Assembly: GCA_963785305.1 (NCBI GenBank)
Contig: CAWAUV010000007.1
Span: forward strand, 1,440,001-1,504,000
Length of the DNA: 64,000 nucleotides
Direction of reading: 5' to 3'
Origin: an uncultured Planctomycetaceae bacterium
Lineage (GTDB): Bacteria > Planctomycetota > Planctomycetia > Pirellulales > PALSA-1355
Under the pieces are notes generated by a model, which saw nothing but the letters and a program-made list of their open reading frames with translations, had not been told where the DNA came from and ran no database searches. Position numbers and translations under genes: made by a program. Positions 34,937 through 44,588 of this stretch are shown piece by piece. The stretch's first letter is position 1, and each line of letters begins with the position of its first letter.

Positions 34937-34951
34937 GCAATGGCCCTGCCA
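34937..34951 (-). promoter_or_regulatory. Candidate sigma54 (-24/-12) promoter for the FAAL-PKS-NRPS
   Basis: Minus strand TGGCAGG-GCCA-TTGC versus consensus TGGCACG-N4-TTGC; correctly oriented about 220 nt upstream of the FAAL start. Confidence 0.45.
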
Positions 34952-35078
34952 CTCGAACGATTCCAGGGAGATTATTTGGCGCCCTGTCAGGCATTCCGAC
35001 GACGCTCGGCGCCCGAACAAGCACCGAAAAACGGCAAACGGTCTTCCCGGGCGAATCACCGCCAGTGGAGGCGCCGGG

Positions 35079-35789
35079 TCATGTGAATCGGCTGTTCCAC
35101 GCAAATTGCGGCCGAGAAGTCCTCGACCGCCTCGACCGCCTCGAGGCGCCAGCGGCCCGTGGCCTCGGGTTCATTGTCCACCCTGAGCAATGCCGCCGGC
35201 TCGCGGGCGCGAGGCTCACCGAAAAGCTGTCGAGCGGAATCGCCAAGGCCCTGCCCACCGCTTTGATATACGCCTCTTTCCGCGACCAGCAGGCGAAAAA
35301 AGCCTCGCGGCGCTCCCCCGGCGCCACGGCCTCGAGGGCCGCCACCTCGGCGGGTGAAAAGAAATGCCGGGCCAGCGACTCGCATTGAACCTCGCGACGA
35401 TGACGCTCGATGTCGACCCCGATCTCGGCCCCGCCGGCGACGCCCAATAGTGCCCAATCGCCGGAATGCGACAGGTTGAATTTGATCGTGCCGCCGGCCT
35501 CGTCGAGGAGCGGCTTGCCGTAATGGTTGTAGGTAAAGCGAACTCGCTCGGGCGGAGTGTGAAGGTAGTGTCCGAGAATGGTGCGCAGAATGCCTCGACC
35601 GGCGATATATCGCTCGCGGAGACCGGGAAACGTGAACCGCTCGGCCCGGGCGAGCTCATCGTCGCTCAGGAGTCCCGCCAAAGCGGCAATCTCTTGGTTC
35701 GCGCGGTTTAATCCAAACCGCCAAACGTCCGCGGTCTCGGAAAGGAGCGGCGGCACAATGTCGGTCGAGGGCCAGTCGAGGTCGGTCAT
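35079..35789 (-). CDS. Sfp-type 4'-phosphopantetheinyl transferase; C-terminus probably frameshifted
   Basis: LLSDDELARA, YGKP, FNLSHS, IGVDIE, WSRKEAYIKAVG. Confidence 0.92.
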   Translation of the reverse strand: MTDLDWPSTDIVPPLLSETADVWRFGLNRANQEIAALAGLLSDDELARAERFTFPGLRERYIAGRGILRTILGHYLHTPPERVRFTYNHYGKPLLDEAGGTIKFNLSHSGDWALLGVAGGAEIGVDIERHRREVQCESLARHFFSPAEVAALEAVAPGERREAFFACWSRKEAYIKAVGRALAIPLDSFSVSLAPASRRHCSGWTMNPRPRAAGASRRSRRSRTSRPQFAWNSRFT

Positions 35790-36117
35790 GGAAGGCGCAA
35801 CAAACGTCGGCGAGGATTTTTCGAGATGGCCCGATTATAGCCGCCGCGGGTCTGATGAGCATGCTCGGACCGGCGATCGTAATCGGCATGATCGCGCTAG
35901 CAGCCCCTTGAACTTTTAGCCCATGCCTTACTTCAAGTTTCGCGTTTTTTGCTAGCACTCGAATCGCCGATTTCTCGTGGGTTTTGCACAGTTTGACGGC
36001 CGAACTGCCAATTTTTGCATGTTACCGAGAGGCCGAAGGTTGCCGGAAACGCGCCGAAATCGGAGAAACCACGACGAATCGGGCTATCGGAACTTTTGAA
36101 AACCGCGAAAGTCGAAC

Positions 36118-37299
36118 TTACTTCTCGCCGTGCTGATCGGCGATGAACACGTCCTTCGTCGGGAACTTCGTGAACACGGACGCGGGCTTGCCGAAGTTCG
36201 TGGCCAGCACATCGAGCGGGTTGCCCGAGATCCATTCCGAAAGGTCGATGTCTTCGTACACGCCCGAGTTGAAGCCGATCAGGACGCGGCATTTCTTGGC
36301 GCCGATGTTCTCGAGCGAGTGGCCATAGCCCTGGGGGATGTAGCCGACGTCGCCCGGGGCGAGCGTTTCGGTTCGGAAGCGGCCGTGCGAGCCGAACATC
36401 GTCACGCTGATTGTTCCCTCGAGGACATACTGCCACTCGTCGGCGCTGGGGTGCCAATGCAGTTCGCGAAGGGCGCCCGGCTCGAGGTCGAGGATGGCGC
36501 CGGCGATGGTTTTCGAAATGGGAAACTTCGTGGAATCGACCATCCACAGGGTTCCCCCCTTGTTGTCGACGAGTGGGTCGTTCTTGAGCAGTTCCCACTT
36601 GTGCGTGAGCCGCGTTCGGGGCGTCGGCCCCTGGGTGTCGGCCGCCGGCTCTGGCGGGATGGCCCCCTTGGCGAAGTACACTTCCTTCTTCGGGAAACCT
36701 TCGAAGGTCGACTTGGGTAGGCCGAAATTCTTGGCCAGTAGCGCCGCGGGAGCGTGGCCGATCCAATCGCTGATGCTGAAGGTGCCGAACTCGGAGAAGT
36801 AGCCATTGTCGAAGATCAACACGAAATGACAGGGCTCGTCGCCAAGACATTCGAGCATGTGGCCATGGCCACGCGGAAAGTACCACACGTCGCCGGGCCC
36901 GAAGTCGTTGGTTTCGGCGAATCCGCCGGGTCCGATGACCGTGGTCCGCACTCGCCCTCGATCGACATAGGCCCATTCGGCGGCGGTCGCATGCCAATGC
37001 AGCTCCCGCATCACGCCGGGCCCGAGTTGCATCGAGACGCCCGCGATTCCCTTGGAGATCGGGAACTGCTCGGCGGTGGCTTCCTTGGCCGTGCTCTGGC
37101 CATCGACCTTGCCCTTGGACTTCTCGAGCGCGAACTTGAAACTCGGCAGCTCCTTGCCGGAGAACAGCGGGTCGGGCACATTGTTCATGAAGCTCGCGTC
37201 TCCGGCTCCGGCCCGGCGAGTCGAGGTCAAAGCCGCCGTCACGCCCGCCGCGAATGCCGCGGCGCCCTTGAGAATATCTCGTCGCTGAAAGTCCGGCAT
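36118..37299 (-). CDS. Oxalate decarboxylase-family bicupin with twin-arginine signal
   Basis: Two RELHWH...EW cupin motifs (RELHWHATAAEW, RELHWHPSADEW), GDVWYFPRGHGH, lid SEFGT; N-terminus QRRDILKGAAAFAAG; GACAGGAGAG RBS. Confidence 0.88.
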   Translation of the reverse strand: MPDFQRRDILKGAAAFAAGVTAALTSTRRAGAGDASFMNNVPDPLFSGKELPSFKFALEKSKGKVDGQSTAKEATAEQFPISKGIAGVSMQLGPGVMRELHWHATAAEWAYVDRGRVRTTVIGPGGFAETNDFGPGDVWYFPRGHGHMLECLGDEPCHFVLIFDNGYFSEFGTFSISDWIGHAPAALLAKNFGLPKSTFEGFPKKEVYFAKGAIPPEPAADTQGPTPRTRLTHKWELLKNDPLVDNKGGTLWMVDSTKFPISKTIAGAILDLEPGALRELHWHPSADEWQYVLEGTISVTMFGSHGRFRTETLAPGDVGYIPQGYGHSLENIGAKKCRVLIGFNSGVYEDIDLSEWISGNPLDVLATNFGKPASVFTKFPTKDVFIADQHGEK

Positions 37300-37333
37300 G
37301 GCTGCTCTCCTGTCAAAGCTTGGCATCGCTCGC

Positions 37334-39094
37334 TCACGGTGAGTCAAGCGGCTTGAGGTTCGGCGCCAGGCTGGCGATCTGTTCGGCCATGTAGTCTTGC
37401 ACTTCCGCCGTGGTCCCGAGGGCGAGCACCTCGCGCACGATCCGCCGCGCGTTGGCGAGCGTCAGCCGGCTGGTCAGTTCCTTGATCGATGGTATGAACG
37501 CCGGGCTCATGCTGAACCGCCGCAGGCCCATGCCATAGAGCAGCACGAAGGCCCGCGGGGCGCCGGCCATTTCGCCGCAGAGCGTCACTGGTTTGCGTGC
37601 CCGGCGGCAGGTCGAGATTACATCGCGGAGCACTCGAAGCACCGCCGGGCTCATCGGTTGGCAGAGATGGCTGACCTTCGGATTATCGCGATCGGCCGCC
37701 ATGAGATACTGTACCAGATCGTTCGAGCCGATCGACACGAACTGCACGGTCTCGACGAGCCGATCGATCATCACCGCCGCCGCCGGCACCTCCAGCATCA
37801 GGCCGATCCGCACTCGGCCAAACTGCTTGCCTTCGGCCGCGAGACTCCGCCGGGCTCGAGCGACCATCTTGCGCACGCGCAAGATTTCCTCGAGCGTGGT
37901 GATCATCGGAAAGAGCATCGACACGCGATGCTCTTCGCCGGCGTCGTTCACGGCGGCGCGCAAAATGGCCCGAATCTGCGTGATGAAAAACTCGGGATGC
38001 TCGAACGAAAGCCGAATCGACCGCCAGCCCATGAACGGGTTGGCCTCGCGCGTGTGGCCGAGATACGGAATCGTTTTGTCGCCGCCCAGGTCCAAGGTGC
38101 GAATCGTCGCCTCGCCGCCCGGACTCGCCGCCACGATCGCCCGATAGGCGGCCAATTGCTCTTCTTCGTCGGGCACGCTCGGATGGGTGAGAAACAGATA
38201 CTCGGTGCGAAACAGTCCCACGCCCGAGGCGCCCATCGCCCCCGCGGCCTTGGCGTCGGCGAGGTTGTTGATATTGGCCAAGAGCCGCACCGCCCGCCCG
38301 TCGGCGTCGACCGCCGGTTGCTCGCGGTTCTCGGCCAAGGAGTCCTTGAGATCGAAGAACTCTCGCTGGAGTTTCAAATAGGCTTTGAGCGACTCGGGGT
38401 CGGGGTTGATCACCACATGGCCGGCCCGGCCGTCGACGACCACCGTGTCGCCATTGCGCACTTCTTGCAACACGCCGGCCACGCCCGACACGGCCGGAAT
38501 CCCGCGACTGCGAGCCAAGATCGCGGCATGGCTGGTGCGTCCGCCGGTTTGTGTGACGATGCCCTGCACCTCGCGCGAACCGAGCGTGACCACCTGCGAG
38601 GGCAAAAGTTCCTCGGCCACCAGAATCAGCGGCCCAGAGAGCGAGGAAATATCCGGCTGGAGCACATCGGACAGATGTCCGCTGATACGCACCACGACAT
38701 CGCGCACATCGGCCAGCCGCTCGCGGAGGTATTCATCGGTGGTGGCGGCAAACAGGGCGGCGTATTCCCCGAGCAGCCGGTCGAGCGCCGCGGGAGCGTT
38801 GAGCCGGTCTTCGCAAATCGCGTGGCGAACTTTCGCGGTGAAGCCGGGATCGTGCAAAATCGACTCGTGAGCGCGAAAGACATCGGCCTCTTTCGACCCC
38901 ACCTGCGAGGCGACTTTGTCGTGGAGCGCCCGCAGGTCGTCGGCCGTGGCGCCGCGGGCGAGGTCGTAGCGGGCGAGCTCCTGGCGAACTTCGTCGGCTT
39001 CGAGCCGCCGGGTATCTGGGTTGACGAAGATCTGGTGGATGCAATAAGCCACTCCCACCGCGACGCCCGGTGAAACTGCGATTCCTCTGCGCAT
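37334..39094 (-). CDS. ptsI: Second PTS enzyme I
   Basis: GIAVSPG, GGRTSHAAILARS (phospho-His), GLFRTE, RTLDLGGDK, EANPFMGWR, SIGSNDL, CGEMAG. Confidence 0.93.
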   Translation of the reverse strand: MRRGIAVSPGVAVGVAYCIHQIFVNPDTRRLEADEVRQELARYDLARGATADDLRALHDKVASQVGSKEADVFRAHESILHDPGFTAKVRHAICEDRLNAPAALDRLLGEYAALFAATTDEYLRERLADVRDVVVRISGHLSDVLQPDISSLSGPLILVAEELLPSQVVTLGSREVQGIVTQTGGRTSHAAILARSRGIPAVSGVAGVLQEVRNGDTVVVDGRAGHVVINPDPESLKAYLKLQREFFDLKDSLAENREQPAVDADGRAVRLLANINNLADAKAAGAMGASGVGLFRTEYLFLTHPSVPDEEEQLAAYRAIVAASPGGEATIRTLDLGGDKTIPYLGHTREANPFMGWRSIRLSFEHPEFFITQIRAILRAAVNDAGEEHRVSMLFPMITTLEEILRVRKMVARARRSLAAEGKQFGRVRIGLMLEVPAAAVMIDRLVETVQFVSIGSNDLVQYLMAADRDNPKVSHLCQPMSPAVLRVLRDVISTCRRARKPVTLCGEMAGAPRAFVLLYGMGLRRFSMSPAFIPSIKELTSRLTLANARRIVREVLALGTTAEVQDYMAEQIASLAPNLKPLDSP

Positions 39095-39282
39095 GCCTGC
39101 GCAATGTACCAGCGGCGCCGATGGCTGACAATAAAGCCCGGCCCGATTTCGAAGGGCGGCCCTATTTCCCCTATTTCCCGCTTCGCTGGCCCGGCGGACA
39201 AAAAGTCGTGGTTTGCCGACTGCTTCAATTGCCGCCTGCCGGCTGCTACGATGGACGAGTGCTTTATCACCGCTTGAAACTG

Positions 39283-39365
39283 GGGCGCCATGCCCACGCT
39301 TGCGTGGGCGCGCTTGAATGATCAAGGTAATAAGCCATGCCCACGCAAGCGCGGGCATGGCGCCC
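39283..39365. repeat. REPIN-like inverted doublet of a palindromic REP
   Basis: GGGCGCCATGCCCACGCTTGCGTGGGC ... CATGCCCACGCAAGCGCGGGCATGGCGCCC. Confidence 0.8.
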
Positions 39366-39545
39366 AACCCCCGAATTAAGAGTTGACAACGCACTAGGCG
39401 GCGCCATCGGTTTTTCCGAGCGGCGCCGGAGTGACTTTCGCGGCCGCTTGCCTGATTGGCGTGGCAGGCGCGGGCCGCTCCCGGGTAGAGGCGCTTCCGG
39501 CCCCGGGGGGCAGGCCATTTTTCATCGCCCTTGCGAGTGGCTTTT

Positions 39546-42197
39546 GTGGCAGAGACGCGGGACGGATACGAGGAGTGGTTGGGTATTGCGGCGACTTCGC
39601 GCCCGCTCAATCATTATCAACTATTGGGCTTGAACGAGTTCGAGGGCGACGCGGCAAAGATTGCCCTGGCCGCCGAAGGGTCGCTCGCGCGCGTGCGCCG
39701 CTGCCAACCGGGATCGCGCGTCGCCGAATGGCAACAAATTCTCGATGAACTATCAACCGCGAAGCTCGTGCTGTGTAGCGCGGCTCGCAAGGGGCAATAC
39801 GACGGGCAACTACGCTCGCAACTCGCCGCCCGCCCCGCGTCCCGCCCGGCAAGCACAATCCAGAACACAAGCCCGAGTGTAAACCGGGATGTCGGCGCCA
39901 GGGCGATGGATCGATCGGCGCCCCAATCGGCGATGCCGCCGAGCGCCGCCGCGAGCTCCCACGCGCCGCCGAGCGCGATGCCGCCAAGTTCCATGCTGCC
40001 CAGCGCCATGCCGCCCAGCGTCATGCCGCCCAGCGTCATGCCGCCCAGTGCGCTGCCCCCGAGCGTGATGCCGCCGGACAACGCGGCGTCGCCCCCGCAA
40101 AGCTTCGCGTTTCCTCCGGCCGCGACATGGCCTCCCGCTGGTTTGCCTCCCGCTGGCTCGCCTCCCGCTGGTTTGCCTCCCGGCGCGAATTTCGCTTCGC
40201 CGCCCGCGCCTTCGCCTTATTACCCGCCGCAGCCGGCGGCGCCCGGCTATTCGATGCCGAACATGTTTCCGCCCCATAATGCTTACGCGCCGCCGCAGCC
40301 GAATATGCCATCGGCGGCCATGCCGCCCGGCGCGCCGCAGTCTGCATTTGCGAAAGGCTATCCGCGGGAAGCGTATCCGCAAGCGTCGTATCCATCGCCA
40401 GCCTATCCGCAGCAATCCTACCCGCAGCCGGCATTTCCGCGGCCGCTTGACCATGCGCCTCAGCCGGTGGCGCCCGCGGCGCCATTTATGGGTCAAGCGG
40501 CCCCGAATGCGGAGCCCGATCTACCGCCGATGGCGCCGCTGGCCTCGCCCACCGCTTCCGCGCCGCTGGCCGCGCCGAGCGGCGAAATGGCTCCCAGGGG
40601 GCCGATTGCCGTCTCGGCGCCGCTCGCCGCGCTCGAGGCGAATTCAAACCCGGCGAGGGCGCCCGTCGCCTCTGCTGTCGCTCCGGGCAGCGAGCAAGTG
40701 CTGGTGCGCACCACGGGGCGGCCCGCGGTTTCACGTATCGAGCTGCGGCAGGCCAAGGATAAGGCCGCGTTTGAAGCCGCGCAGGCCAAGCAGCGCAAAC
40801 AAATCATCTACGGCAGCGTGGGCGCCGCGGTGCTGCTGGTGGTCATTATCGCCTTGACGAGCCCTTCGGCGCCGCCCGAAACGACCGAAGACCCGGCCTT
40901 GGCCGAGCGGCGCGATCATTTGAACCCGTTGCAATCAACCGAGGGGCCGAAGCCGGCGCCCCACCCGGCGCCGCAATTGCGGCCGAAGGTGGACTATTCG
41001 CCAGACACGACACCCAAGCCCGCGCCGAAGCCGACGAAAGAATCCCATAACGATTCCCATGCGTCGCCCGCCCCGCCGCGCGAGCCCAGGAATCCCGCGC
41101 CCGACAAAGCGAAGCAGCGCCCGCCGATCGAGATCGCCATGACACCGTCGGCCCCTGAAAAGCCGAAGCCGCCGAAGGCCCAGCCCGGCGCCGCGATGGG
41201 CGGATTGCAAGACAAGGCCGATCCGGAAAAAGCGGCGGCCCTGGACAAAGACCTGCTCAAGGCCCGCGGCGCGCTGGCCGGCCGCAACATCACCTTGGCC
41301 CACGACTCGCTGGCCGACGCCGAGCCCCTCATCCAAACTCGCGAGCAACACGACCGCGTCGAGCAATGCCGGCTCATGCTCCTCTATGTGCGCGGATTTT
41401 GGGACGCGGTGCGCAAGAGCATGGCCGGACTGCAACCGACCGACGAGCTCAAGATCGGTTCGACCACGGTCTCGGTGGTTTCGGCCGACGAGCGCGAGCT
41501 TGTCGTGCATCGCGGGCCGAGAAATGAAACCTATCGCATCGAGACGATGCCGGCCGGCATCGCCAAGATGCTCGCCGAGCGGTGGTTCAATCAAAACGAT
41601 CCGGTCAACAAGGTGTATCTCGGCGCGTTTCAGGCGGTCGACCCGGCCGGTGAAATCGCCGACGTGCGCCGGCTCTGGGAGCAAGCTTCGAGCAAGATCG
41701 ATCAGAACCAATTGCGGCTGCTGATGTCTTATTTGGACCTGCCGCCGGTGGCCCCGATCGGCGGCTCGCTCGCCGACGCGAAGGTGGCCGAGGCCAAGTC
41801 CGAGAAGAGCTCGCTGGCGGCGGCCGAAAAGGAATTCACCAAGAAATACGGGCCCGACATCCGCGCGGCCGACGATTCGACGAAGAAACTCGACTTGGCT
41901 CAAAAGCTCTTGGGCGAATACAAGATGGCGGACGAAGGGGCCGAGCAGGTGGTGGTGTTTCGCGGCGCCTGCGACCAGGCGACCAAGGCCTGCATGACGG
42001 CGAAAACCGAGGAGACGGCCAAGACCGCCGCCGAGCGGGCGCTCGAGATCGTGGATATCGGCATCGAGGAAAAACGCTTCGAGCCGCTCAAGAGCCTGGC
42101 GCAAGCGGCGATCACGGCGGCGCGAAAGTCGAAAGACGAAGACTTAATCAAACGCGCCACCGAAGAAGGCCGCAAACTGGCGACCGCGCAGAAATAA
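39546..42197 (+). CDS. Membrane-anchored Pro-rich protein with J-domain-like N-terminus
   Basis: YEEWLGI...NHYQLLGL...ILDELSTAKLVL...KGQYD N-terminus, (A/V)MPPS repeats, one TM segment, helical C-terminal region. Confidence 0.7.
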   Translation: MAETRDGYEEWLGIAATSRPLNHYQLLGLNEFEGDAAKIALAAEGSLARVRRCQPGSRVAEWQQILDELSTAKLVLCSAARKGQYDGQLRSQLAARPASRPASTIQNTSPSVNRDVGARAMDRSAPQSAMPPSAAASSHAPPSAMPPSSMLPSAMPPSVMPPSVMPPSALPPSVMPPDNAASPPQSFAFPPAATWPPAGLPPAGSPPAGLPPGANFASPPAPSPYYPPQPAAPGYSMPNMFPPHNAYAPPQPNMPSAAMPPGAPQSAFAKGYPREAYPQASYPSPAYPQQSYPQPAFPRPLDHAPQPVAPAAPFMGQAAPNAEPDLPPMAPLASPTASAPLAAPSGEMAPRGPIAVSAPLAALEANSNPARAPVASAVAPGSEQVLVRTTGRPAVSRIELRQAKDKAAFEAAQAKQRKQIIYGSVGAAVLLVVIIALTSPSAPPETTEDPALAERRDHLNPLQSTEGPKPAPHPAPQLRPKVDYSPDTTPKPAPKPTKESHNDSHASPAPPREPRNPAPDKAKQRPPIEIAMTPSAPEKPKPPKAQPGAAMGGLQDKADPEKAAALDKDLLKARGALAGRNITLAHDSLADAEPLIQTREQHDRVEQCRLMLLYVRGFWDAVRKSMAGLQPTDELKIGSTTVSVVSADERELVVHRGPRNETYRIETMPAGIAKMLAERWFNQNDPVNKVYLGAFQAVDPAGEIADVRRLWEQASSKIDQNQLRLLMSYLDLPPVAPIGGSLADAKVAEAKSEKSSLAAAEKEFTKKYGPDIRAADDSTKKLDLAQKLLGEYKMADEGAEQVVVFRGACDQATKACMTAKTEETAKTAAERALEIVDIGIEEKRFEPLKSLAQAAITAARKSKDEDLIKRATEEGRKLATAQK

Positions 42198-42228
42198 GCG
42201 AGCGCGACGCGGAAAGCGCGATACGTGG

Positions 42229-42257
42229 CATGCCCACGCTCGCGTGGGCATGGCGTC
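42229..42257. repeat. Single copy of the same REP palindrome
   Basis: CATGCCCACGCTCGCGTGGGCATGGCGTC, near-identical to the units at 39283-39365. Confidence 0.78.
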
Positions 42258-42289
42258 TGGCTTCGTGTATCGAAACGGGCTCTAGCCGG

Positions 42290-42598
42290 ATGAGCGACCG
42301 ACAAATTGCCGCGATTCTTTTTTTAATATCAGCGATCGCTTCCGCGACTGTATTCGCAATCACTTCATGGGCGCCCTTCGAGCGAGCTCGCCATTTAATT
42401 CGAGCAGTCGCCGTGACGGCCTTCGTTACTCCGTCGGCGATCGTCGCGCATGATATAATCTACGTTCCCGCATGGTGGATTATTGCGTTGAGCGGAGAAT
42501 GGCCTGGAGGAGTGTCGATCGCTCTTGGTTCTGGCTGCTTGGTTTTAGTCGCGTGGGCGAGTTTATGTTTCGAGCGAAACAATAAACGCCGCAAGTAA
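42290..42598 (+). CDS. Small hypothetical membrane protein
   Basis: About 102 aa, roughly three hydrophobic segments, basic C-terminus; visibly AT-richer than the flanks. Confidence 0.5.
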   Translation: MSDRQIAAILFLISAIASATVFAITSWAPFERARHLIRAVAVTAFVTPSAIVAHDIIYVPAWWIIALSGEWPGGVSIALGSGCLVLVAWASLCFERNNKRRK

Positions 42599-42895
42599 TC
42601 ATTGCGGCTGGTTGACGTTTTTCGCGGCAAGCTATCGGTATTTCAAGCGAAGGCATTCCGACCGATCGATCGCAATTTGGCTCGTCGCTGTTTTTCCCGA
42701 CCCGCGATACGAATTCGTCGGATTTAATACTCGCTGGCGCTTACGCGCTAATTCAAAACCGCATCAATTGGTTCGCTGATGTCCTCATGGCTCTGGCTCC
42801 GGTCAACGATTTCATCGCAGAGGTCGTGGTAAAGGCGCGCGAATGGCGAAGTGCAATGCTCAGGGAAACGGAAGAACCATTGTTCGGCGCGTCGT

Positions 42896-43865
42896 TCACA
42901 GCCCGCAGGCTGCTTTCGCTCGGGCGAGCACCTGTTTGGCTTTCTTTCTTGCGCGCGGCGCCGTCGGCGAGGATCGCTTGGATGCGATCCGGGTCGGCGG
43001 CTAGTTCGCGGCGCTTGGCTCGGGCCGGGGCGAAGAAACGCTCGGCGGCGGCGGCCAGTTGTTTCTTCACTTCGCCGTAGCCGAACCCGCCGCGGCGATA
43101 GAGCGACGCCATCGCTTCGCGCTCCTCGGGCGCGGCCACCAGCGAATAAAGCTGGAAGAGCGTGTCGCCCTTGGGCTCCTTGGGCGCGTCCATCGGGCGC
43201 GAATCGGTCGGAATGCGCATGATCTTCTTTCGCTCGGCGGCCGGCTCGTCGAACAGCTCGAGCGTGTTGTTGTAGCTCTTCGACATCTTTTCGCCATCGA
43301 GCCCGGGCACGCGGGCCGAGGCGTCGAGAATCTTGGCCTTGGGCATCACGAACACCGGCTTGCCCTCGGCGCCGTAGTGATGGTTGAAGCTCGCCGCCAG
43401 GTCGCGGCAGACTTCGATATGCTGGGTTTGATCCTCGCCCACCGGGACCGTGTCGGCGTCGTAGAGCAAAATATCGGCGGCCATCAGCACCGGATAGGTA
43501 AACAGTCCCGCGTCGGCCGGCAGGCCCTTGGCTTTCTTGTCTTTGTAGGCATGGCAGCGCTCGAGCAGGCCGAGCGGGGCGCCAGTCATCAGCAGCCAGC
43601 AAAGCTCCGAGACCTCGGGCACGTCGGACTGCACGAAGAGCACGGCCCGCGCGGGATCGAGGCCCAGGGCCAGGAGGTCGATGGCGGCGTCGAGCGTCAG
43701 TTGGCGGAGCAGGGCGGGATCGCGAACCGTGGTCAGGGCGTGGAGGTTGGCGATGAAGTAGTAGGCTTCGTCCTCATGCTGGAGGTCGATGTATTGGCGA
43801 ATCGCGCCGAAATAATTGCCCCAATGAAATCGCCCAGTGGGCTGAATGCCGGAGAGCACGCGCAT
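42896..43865 (-). CDS. trpS: Tryptophanyl-tRNA synthetase; frameshift near 42950
   Basis: [14 protein letters not shown] (HIGH-like), [22 protein letters not shown]; the natural end [18 protein letters not shown] is in the adjacent frame. Confidence 0.95.
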
Positions 43866-44588
43866 GGGAGAGATGGCTCGCGAAAAAGGGTTAGCGCAAA
43901 TCCGTAAGAGACACCGAGTTACTGGACTTTTGGGCGGTCGATCGCTGGCCGGCCGCGAAATTCAGCCCAATTCTGTAGGGAACCGGCGCCGCTCGCAAGT
44001 CGCGGGGCGCGTTTTGATCGGGCCGCGTCGTGAATGGGCGGGGTGGAAACCCGCCGGAAAAAACAGTCCCCGGTTCCTGTCGCGACTGTCACAAACAGTC
44101 GCCCACCGGCAGGTAAGGAGATGGACGAAATCCGGCGGCTCTTGAGCGCGGGCGCCGGGCGAGAGCGGTTTCCGCGGTGGGATGTTTTTGTTGACTTTGT
44201 CCGCGAGGTTCGGCTAAATTCAGATGTTCGCCCGCCAGACGCATGCCCGAGCCCCGCGATTTGCTTGCCTTCGTGAAACTGCCCGCCGTGCTGAATGTGC
44301 CGGAAGAGGCTTGAAAAAAGGAGCTTCTGGGCGATCGAGAAGTTCGTTCGACCAGGATGCTCGGTTGTCCGTAATACGTTGACCCGACAAATTGACCCGC
44401 CGGGCATTGCTTCCACTGAACGGTTTCCGCCAGCACGCCAACCCATTATGTCACGGCAAACATCGCAAGCGAAATACGGCGCCGGCGGAAGCGCGCGGCG
44501 GGGCAGCTCGCATTGCTCGGCGCAAGGCGAGGTTGAACAACGCCCCGACGGCGTTATTCCCCGGGCTCTTCGGGGGCAATTGCCGCCC

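Noticed and set aside
44440..44500. GGCAAAC suggesting a c-di-GMP-I riboswitch
   Set aside because: The GAAA-capped stem and GACGCAAA elements are missing.
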